A stretch of 61,421 nt of DNA, the filler included, from Bipalium vagum (Eukaryota), in NCBI GenBank assembly GCA_037834085.1. It is 3 parts of 3 records of this genome, joined end to end, with 100 filler letters (N's around TTAATTAATTAA, not from the genome) between each part and the next. Parts side by side here need not be neighbours in the genome. Positions count along the whole stretch, not along the records: positions 40,941 to 61,421 come from JBBMKC010252528.1; 2 more parts are not named here. One strand, 5' to 3'. The notes under the pieces were generated by a model. That model saw only the letters and a list, made by a program, of their open reading frames with translations, had not been told where the DNA came from and searched no databases. Positions 53,101 through 61,421 of the stretch are shown here, in pieces. The position numbers and the translations under genes were made by a program. Position 1 is the first letter of the stretch. Each line of letters starts with the position of its first letter.

Positions 53101-56100
53101 TTCTTTATGTTTAATAATCTTTTTTATTTTTTGTCGTTTAGTCGAATTCAAGGCTGAGACACCAGTTCAAACTTTTATTTATCATTAATAAAAATTCAGA
53201 GATTTTTAAATCGATCATAAAAATGCAATTAAAAGAAAAATAATCTAATTTGTGATCATTAAACTAATATCTCAAAATGTGTATGATCACATACCATTAC
53301 ATACAGCTGTTGATCTAAATAATCAATAAAGATAATAAGTGATTCTCGGTCTAAGGTCTCCTTTAATAACCAAAAATAATAAATAAAATATTAATTAATA
53401 TAAAATATTATTAAATGAGAACGGTTTAATTGATAAGGTAATCAGTATATAATCAAGTCCAATAATGATAGAAAAAGCATTTATAAAAAAGTATTATTGC
53501 AATGGTTGAGATTAAAAATAAAGAGAGGAGAATGATATTAACGGAACATTAAGCTTTAAATGAAAGTGACACTTATAAATATATGATTAGCTACATTTTA
53601 AATATTTTTTACTTCTTAATGTATTAAACTGTTTAACAATGTGATAGATGACACTTGATACACCTTTGAAATTATTGATTGGATTTTTTATGCTGAAAAT
53701 TGATAACAAGTGCCACTGACAGCTGCACAAATCTAATTCACCTGCCATAGAATGGTTTCACACATTCATAAATGGTTGTGGGATCTGTATTTAGGTATTA
53801 TCAGTTTCAAATGAAAGCGTTTTATGTGATGGATTGTTGATCTGAAAACCATATAGGAATTGCAAAATTTTATTACAGAAACCATCTTATTGGAAACAAG
53901 AACCGAAAATTATAAATTTATACGATTAATCCTAACAGTTTAAAATTAAAACTTTGAAAACGAATACAAAAAATAATTTTATTTATTATTATTATTATAA
54001 TTATTATTATTATTGTCAGTTTTGAATTAATAAAATAAATATTCAAGTCACTATTGAATATTATTTATTAATATTCATATATCTCCGGAAATCTTCATTA
54101 TCCTTGGTGGTCATATATTCAAAATACATACCACTTACGGAAACGTTCTATTTTGTAATGGGATAATACACAAAATACCTTTAATACCTTTTCTTACACA
54201 CATTTTTTGTTAAAAAATTTGGAGAAACCTGGAATTAAATATTGGAAAGTACTATTCAATTTTATAGGAATTGTTTTATCATGACTACCCAGGTATTTTA
54301 TAATCATATTTTTGGCATTAATACTTATTATACAATTGAATTTTGAAAGAAAATCGTAATACATTATTTTCAAACATATTTCAGTATTTAAAATATTTGG
54401 GACTTTAATAAAAGACATTGTTCACAATTGTTTACAAAATAACAATTTATGGAATATTGTTTAATTTTTATTACTTTGAAAAAAACAAAATTAACTTTTT
54501 CGATTTTTAATTTTAATCTCAAACAAATAATTCTTAAATTAATTAATTATGATAAATTAATTAATAAAATTTAAAAATTCGTAAAAAATTATATTTACGT
54601 GGTTTTTTATTCATGTCATCTTAGCAGAGTAATTCTGTTTGAATTTTATTTTAAGTAACGGAATTGACAAAATAATTGTACAAGAATTTAGTAATTTTTA
54701 TAATATTTAAATATTTTTTTTAAATATCTTAATTTATTAACATCTTTATTTTTTAATGAATAAAAAATAAAGATGTTAATGTAAGCTCAGAAAATAAAAA
54801 GGAGAACCAAGAAATTATTTAATTTACCATATCGTATAAAAATTTTCCATAATTTGAATTTTTTATTGAAATATCACTGTAATTTTATTAATTAATTAAT
54901 GTTATATTGATTTCAAATAATGATTATTATTCAAAAATATTAAATAAAATAAATATTGAATTTTTCGTGCTTATGAATTGTTTTTCTCGTTTTTAATAAT
55001 TATCTAATCCTCTTCTGACGTAGGCGTTAGTCTTTTAATAATTATTTATTATTGAGAAATGCTAATTGAGTGAGGAATTACAAGATTTCAGGAGCGGAGT
55101 GAAATAATCCTCACTAACAATTCTTACAAGACTAAATTCTTTTAAACAAATAATATTAAATTATTAAATTAAGCGTGAAATTGAAGTGTAAAGTAATGAT
55201 TAGCAATTATGCACGTGTAAGTGAATATTAAGTATTATATTAAAGTATAGTGAGGCAAGGAAACAAGAAAAATTAAAATTAAAAAAATGTTCACTTTATT
55301 ATTATGCAACCGGACTTTGAATTTCTTGAATCCATATATATCTTGTTTGTCCATGGATATAATTGTTAAGTTACTTCCATGAGTTTGTCTGTAGAAAATT
55401 ATAATTTCCTCGGTAACCACCTTGATCCAGAAATCAAAACTCTCAAGAACGTTATCAAATAAGATCTTTAATAATGATTTCCTTTTTGAACTAACACAAG
55501 ATATTCAAAAAAACTTGAATTCATTGAATGACACAGGGTTTTCCATTATCTCGATACCCTGGAAAAGGTTTGTTTGAGGTAATGAACAATCTATTGTTCA
55601 ATAACAATCAACTAGTCCATGCAAATGTTTCAAAATGTGAGTTCTTAATAAAAATTTCTAAATTACTGAATCAGGAATTTGATCTTTGAGCATTTTGAGG
55701 AAACTTGATGCTAATGTTTGATTTCCACCTTTATTATATGTATTATCCAATGATTCTTATCGATATTTTCTTTTATCAATTTAAGAAGAAAATAATAGCA
55801 TAATTTTTACTATCACATAATTATATTTATGGTGTAGGTCGATTTAATATAGTCAAAGACAAACAAAAATATCGGTAAACCTCATCATTTAGCTTCATGC
55901 TTCATTATTCTTTTTGGATGTTCGTGGCTGTTAATTTTTCTCTTGCTTTAAATATTAATGATTTTTTTTAATTTTTGCTAAATTTAAACAGAATTCCTCT
56001 GTTTTCTTTATTAATAGGATGCTTTAGAATTTTGGACTTGTAGCAAAATACGGGGCAGTTATTTTTGCTTATGTAGAATTTAGAATATATGTCAATGAAT

Positions 56101-57828
56101 TATTTATCAATAAATGTGTTGACATGAGAATAATGTATTAACGGAATCGTTTTTGTGTAATCAACAGACCTCGGATAAGCCAGTTCCTTTGAAAAAGCTT
56201 AATTTGTTAGACTCCCAGCTAGCAGGAATCAACAGAGACCAAAACAATCAGTTAAACTACATGGTAAACCCTTTGATGGCCTATCAGAACCAACTGGCAT
56301 TATATCTGTCAATGAACAATCAGTCAAGAGTGCCAACCAATTCTTTAAATTTACAGACATTGCTGGCTGCGAATAACGGAGCACTCATGCCAATGGGGTC
56401 TGGTTTGATTTGTCCAAATCCACTGGTAAACCTTAATGGATTTCCTATTATTTCTACCATTCCAAATCAACAGCAACTTGCTACGAGTATAATCCAAGCA
56501 GCAAATGCTTTGCAATGTAATCAGGTTTATCATTCGCTACGCTTGTTGATTTTTCTTTTTTTATTATATTAAAAGTTAAGTATAAGATTTTGGTTACTAT
56601 AGCAAAGTTTTCGATATTAGTATTTTTAAATGTCATACTTGTTTTTTCTCCATTTTTCTTTCTATCATTATCTAATTTTTTAATCTTTCAGTTCTAAATA
56701 CTTCATTTTATATATTTTATCTATAAATTAATAATATATTATGTTGAGAAAGTCTTTCTTTACTTATAGAAGTCAATAATGAATTTTTTTAGAATGTATG
56801 AGTGCAATAGATGGAAAATGCTTTTAATAGTATATCTTAATATTATTATTTTACAAATTTTAATTTGTTTTGATACATAAATTTTGTATGGCGCTCTTTT
56901 GAAATTTTAGACATTTATATTATTATTTCGAACAAAATAAAACAAACTTCAGAAACACCGAAAACTATGTGTAGCTTTTGACAAAGATAAAACAACAGAA
57001 TGTACTTGACAAATTTTGTTTAGAAAATTTCGTTCTGTAAATTTGTTCATTTAAGAAACATCGAACTCTGGTAGGCCAATGGAGATTAAGGAAGATCAAA
57101 TAAGGACCATAAATTAAACTGGCCGACACATTACCATTTATAAGTTCACTAAAAAGTTAAATTCGTCCAAGATGGCTTACCTATTCCAAAAATATTTCAA
57201 TTGAAAGAAGTTTTTTAATTCAACCAATCAAAAATTGTAACGTGCTCATTAAACGTTATCAAAGAAACTTAATAACTGGTGATGAAAACTGGAATGCTTA
57301 CAATGAAGTTCAGCTAAAAAACACCATATTAAAACGTAATAAAACCAAAATATTGTTATCCATATGATGACATTGTACTCTTCGAGCTTTTAACACCAAA
57401 CAAAACAATTGGTTCCAATGTATATTGTCTGCAACTATCAAAAATAAAAAAATTCTTGCAGCAGAAGTGTCCAGAGCTGGTATATCGTATAAGAGTTTCG
57501 TTTCATCATGACAACGCAAAGTCTTCAAACATCTTTGATCATTTATTCAAAACATTGAACCGACAGATTGTCATCTGTTTCTCCTAAAAAAACTTTTATC
57601 TATGATGACCCAATAAAAATGTTCCTCAAAGCTTTATTCAGGAAAACATAAAAAAATTATTTTATTTCCCGTTAAAATTTTTTAACGCTGTTTCTCGAAT
57701 TAATTTTTTTAAAAAAAAATCTTTTTTTTATTTTTGAGTCTGTCATGTTAAATGGTGAAAAAATTGCAACTCTATATTTATAGATGGCAGAGCTTTGGCA
57801 GACTTCAGTGGATTATAACAGAATTTAA
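41155..57828 (+). CDS. C-terminal exons of a low-complexity N/Q-rich nuclear protein, probably muscleblind-like (MBNL)
   Basis: Open phase-0 AG..GT exons: 41155-41181 (HLIQPSMRY), 42279-42467, 50798-50935 (..SRKRPLPLL..), 56168-56524 (..PVPLKK..VNPLMAYQNQLAL..). Terminal exon 57784-57828 (MAELWQTSVDYNRI*) or 56793-56801 (NV*). KRPL...K and YQxxL resemble the MBNL bipartite NLS and YQQAL region. No CCCH fingers seen, so the family call is tentative. Confidence 0.55.
46500..47400 (+). mobile_element. Decayed Tc3-like transposase remnant
   Basis: MKIFT..DRIILVRWY...KFKEIESVYDL..RSSVEDE..ETSLR resembles a Tc3-type HTH N-terminus; many stops. Confidence 0.4.
47798..49086 (-). mobile_element. Full-length decayed maT/mori (DD37D) element, 1289 bp
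   Basis: TIRs CAGGGT(GC/TA)GTGCGATAAATTG (19/21) flanked by TA. Transposase pieces VLVLGIFSNKGDTMNPYFF, YQQDNASAHNVKKVQDFL, PPNSPEINPLDYYVWS give ~37 residues between the two Asp. Confidence 0.9.
51590..52460 (-). mobile_element. Decayed mariner transposase remnant
   Basis: RIFICKQLL..KQIITGDDK*IF, LSVW*NYKGII, HDNASA, LKHSSCSPGAPPSYY (HPPYSPDLAPSDY). Many stops. Confidence 0.7.
56890..57660 (+). mobile_element. Decayed mariner transposase remnant
   Basis: FRKFRSVNL..SGRP, LITGDENW, FHHDNAKS motifs, fragmented. Confidence 0.7.
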
Positions 57829-58781
57829 GATGGGCGGAACTTGTTTTGAAGAAACACCAAAGAAGACTAGAATTTAAATTGGCAATTTTATTCTTTAAAA
57901 ACTATTACTACTACTATTTATCGGTAGACAGTAATAAAACATTTTGTTTATATTTTATAATTTTATTGTGTGCAATGTGCTAAACAGAATTAATCAACTG
58001 AAGTGCCATTAAAAATCGAAGATTTGAATTTGTGCTGTCTTTTATGACTTGCTTAAAATTGTGTAATAGTTTTTCCCTTAGTGCCTTTTATTTACAATTT
58101 GTTTACATTCAAAATGATTTTGTTTTTGATCGAGAAATAAATAGTTTACTTTGTGGTTTCTTTGGATTGTCAGTTCCAACTTGTACGGCTCTAATCTTCA
58201 TAAGACTTTAATTGGTACATTATTATTTCTTCTAAATTTCCCTAATATAAATTCGTTATTTGGTTAATGCAAATAGCCGTGGAAATACTAAACGATGTTT
58301 ATATGTTAATGAAGAGTGTCATATATTTGAAGAATGTATATGGTATAAATCATCAAATGTAAAGAAAGGACCAACTTTTTCGAAAGAATAAAATGCCAAA
58401 AAATGAGGAAAATTAAGTTTACATTACTTTAAGCTTTTCAGAATGTTGTCAAAATTCTTCACCTACTACTGTTGTCTCATTTCATTAAATGTTCAGTATA
58501 ACATTTATAATACCTTAGAAATTTCAGTAAGATCCGTATTGATAACAGTTTTTTTATTTCAAACGCTTTAAATTTATGTATAACAATGTAAGTCTTTTTC
58601 AGAAAAAATTTCAACAGAAAAACAATAAGCTAACTAGAACGACCAATATTTTTGCACCAATTTAGTAAAACAAAATATTCTATTAAACTTAAAATTATTG
58701 AAAATTAATATTATCACACAAAATTGTTTTATTCATTTCAAATTACATTGGAAAAGCTTTAAATAAAGAAATAAATGGACT

Positions 58782-60665
58782 TCATGTAAAAAAATACATG
58801 TTCTCTTCTTCTTCTCGATTTCTTTGATCATTTAATGCCGGATCTTCTTTTTGAAGCTGAGGTGGTTCAGATCTTCCAATGATTTTCCTTCCTGTCTGCT
58901 TCTTAGGAGCCGCTCTAACACGTTCCAATGCTTTCAACTTGTTTTCTTCGTGAATCAGTCTTTGTTGCTCTTTCTTTTCCTCTTTCATTTGTAATCTCCG
59001 TTCCTTATCTTTAGCCTTTTGTGCAAGCTCTACTTTCTCTACTGGCATTTGGTCTATTGCTTCAAATAATATTTCCAATTGATTTTCTATTCCAGTCAGC
59101 ATATCAAGTGTACTGAAATAAATAATTTACATTTTGTGGAAACTTTCTGTCACTTTACCTCATTTTTGCTTCTCTATCAGAAACACAATTTCTGTAAACT
59201 TCCTCTACCTTTTTATGAAGTCTTTCCAGAAATTCGTCTTGGTCTTCCATTTTTACATCACTTAAAGCAAACAGCCTGAAAAAAAATTTTAATAATTAAA
59301 ATTAAAATTATTAAACTGACTTTTTTTTCAATTCCAATTCTTCAATCTTTTCTTTTTCAAGGGATATGGCCATTTCCAGTTTGTTTATTTGTTGCATCAG
59401 AACATTTGTATCTTTTTTCCTATAAAACCATACTTAAGTCCAAAAATATGAACTCTTGAGCTTTTTATTAACCGAAAATATTTTTCATCTCATTAATTAT
59501 TATTTTTAATAAAATATACTTAAAGGAAGACCTTTCCTAAAAAAAATTTTTTTCTATAGATTTTTATTTCCAAAAAAATAAATAATACTACATTACTTTA
59601 TTTTATAACATTTTTGCAATTAAAATATTTTAAAAAAATAACATTTTAATCAATACATCCACCATCACATCAATATTGATGAAACATTTGAGTGGGGAAT
59701 ATTTTTTTTAATATTTTAATATTTTAATAAATTTAATTTTTAAATTAATGAAAGTAACTGAATTATGTTATGCATAGAAAATTATTAATTCATAATGAAA
59801 TGGTGGTTTGTTTTAATATTCAAAAATCAAAATGAATGGCTGAAAATTGAGAAGGTTTCTAATTAGAATCAGAGAATGCTTCTCAAAAAAGTACTTCACT
59901 ATTCTTGATGACATTTCATGGGTTTGTAAGACTTCAAATTGATTCAAAACATCAGGGTAATCGATGAATAAATCATACTTATTTATACGTGTTGAACTAA
60001 ATAAAATAGAAAGTGGTTACGCATCATTGATAATTCGAAAGAAAAGTCTTCAGAAAACCAACTAACACATTTCTATAAAATGATATAAAAATAAGAGCAC
60101 TGTGGCCGTTTGAACTTTGGACACAACAAATATACAGTCAAAAGTATTCACCATCTGATTATCATTTTTTAGGCCTTTTGTACTTATTCTTTAGAATTAT
60201 TAATAATTATCTTCAATTATTTGAATGAAATCGAAATAGTGCCAAGAAATTTTAACTTTAGTGAAAGAACTACTACCAGTTCGGTCCCCACCAACTTTCT
60301 CATAAAATACCTCAAACCTTTGATTAAAATGTACTTTACCTTGAGATTTAATATTACTTTATCCATATTTGGTCTCGTGGTTCATCTTAATATCTAATTA
60401 ATATTTAGATTAGAAAAAAAGTAATAAAGTAATTCAATATTAGTTGGGCTTTATATCTGATAAAATGAATTACAAAATAACCATTTAAATGTTTGAAAAA
60501 AGTTATATTTTACATTTTTATTTCGGTTGCTTGTTTGATTTGTTTTAATTCATCCAAGGATTCCTCCGTTTCTTGGCACGTTTGAATTAAGCTGAGATTT
60601 GATTCTTCCAATTCAGTAAATATGTTTAGCAAATCTTGAGGATCTTTAAAATACAATTCCATTTC
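58782..60665 (-). CDS. CFAP100: Cilia- and flagella-associated protein 100 (CCDC37/CCDC38 family), last four exons
   Basis: Phase-consistent exons 60665-60514 (EMELYFKDPQDLLNIFTELEESNLSLIQ), 59419-59321, 59275-59159, 59112-58782 (MLTGIENQLE..KAKDKERR..KKQTGRKIIGRSEPP..EEEENMYFFT*). Matches the CCDC37 C-terminal pattern ending EEE..FFT. Upstream exons lie beyond the window. Confidence 0.9.
59790..60260 (+). mobile_element. Decayed mariner remnant in a CFAP100 intron
   Basis: W*RIIDN, SPSDYHF-like fragments; heavily mutated. Confidence 0.4.
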
Positions 60666-61421
60666 CTGAAAGTAATATTTATTTAATAATATATTTCTTT
60701 TTTATTTTTATAACTCTTCATTTAATAATTAAAATATTTCGTTTTAAATAACCAGTAATTTAGGAACTTTTAATTCTTTTATTTTTAATTTTATTGATTT
60801 CCATTTATCATAACTTAATTTTATTGAATAATTAGAGTATTGATTCACTGTGGAAAACTATTTTTATTGATTTAAAGTTAAATATTGTTTTTAACTTTTT
60901 TATTAATTCTTTCATTAAAAAGTCTGAATCGTTTAAAAATCTTGATAAAATTTCCTAACTTACTTTTATTGGAAAAAATCAACTTGAAAAATCATAAAAA
61001 TGATAATAAATCAAATGTTATTCATGGAATTTAAAATTAATTTTCATTTATTAAAACAAGCAAAACATTATAAAATCCAAATCTCATCATTTTTAATGAG
61101 ATTTAAAATTCAAAAGAAATTAAAGCGAATAACATTGAAAATAAAATTCAAAGTTTTGGCTTCTTTAATTTTTAAAATAAATAAAACAAAACCGAAAAAA
61201 TGAAATAAAAAATATTTTTTCAAAAAATTATATGATATTAAAATAATATTATTTGTAAACTTAGAGAAACCGAATAATTTTAATAACGCAATCGAAATTG
61301 GATGTCTTCAAGAAATTTTGAAAAGAAAAATTGAGAAATATATTATTTATTTTTTGAATATACGCCTTTTATTAAATGAATACAAAATTTATTCAAATAT
61401 ATATTTTTATGAAACATGTTT

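Noticed and set aside
1-61421. tRNA, rRNA, CRISPR or prokaryotic systems
   Set aside because: None recognisable; spliceosomal introns and metazoan genes show the DNA is eukaryotic.

Overview
Very AT-rich eukaryotic genomic DNA with short GT-AG introns, many decayed Tc1/mariner elements and assembly gaps. Composition and TE content suggest a free-living flatworm (planarian), which is an inference only. Five host genes or gene parts can be built by hand: (1) a 554-codon minus-strand coiled-coil exon running off the left edge, missed by the ORF track; (2) a kinectin/p180 (RRBP1)-like ER coiled-coil gene (minus, ~17.7-5.4 kb); (3) a complete PIAS/Su(var)2-10-family SUMO E3 ligase (plus, 4 coding exons, 993 aa); (4) the low-complexity C-terminal exons of a probable muscleblind-like gene (plus, ~41-58 kb; no zinc-finger exons seen); (5) the 3' exons of CFAP100/CCDC37 (minus). 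The most unusual region is 18.2-23.1 kb, a nested pile of mobile elements. It holds a degenerate chuvirus-type (class III) fusion glycoprotein at the C-terminal end of an unrecognised polyprotein. The glycoprotein tail runs in frame into a Ty3/gypsy integrase, which in turn reads into a second signal peptide. This looks like the remains of envelope-bearing LTR retroelements that captured a negative-strand RNA virus glycoprotein. Also present are a nearly intact 1286-bp mariner, a full-length decayed maT (DD37D), a composite pogo, a mariner MITE and many remnants. All family assignments are from motif recognition by eye; no searches were run.
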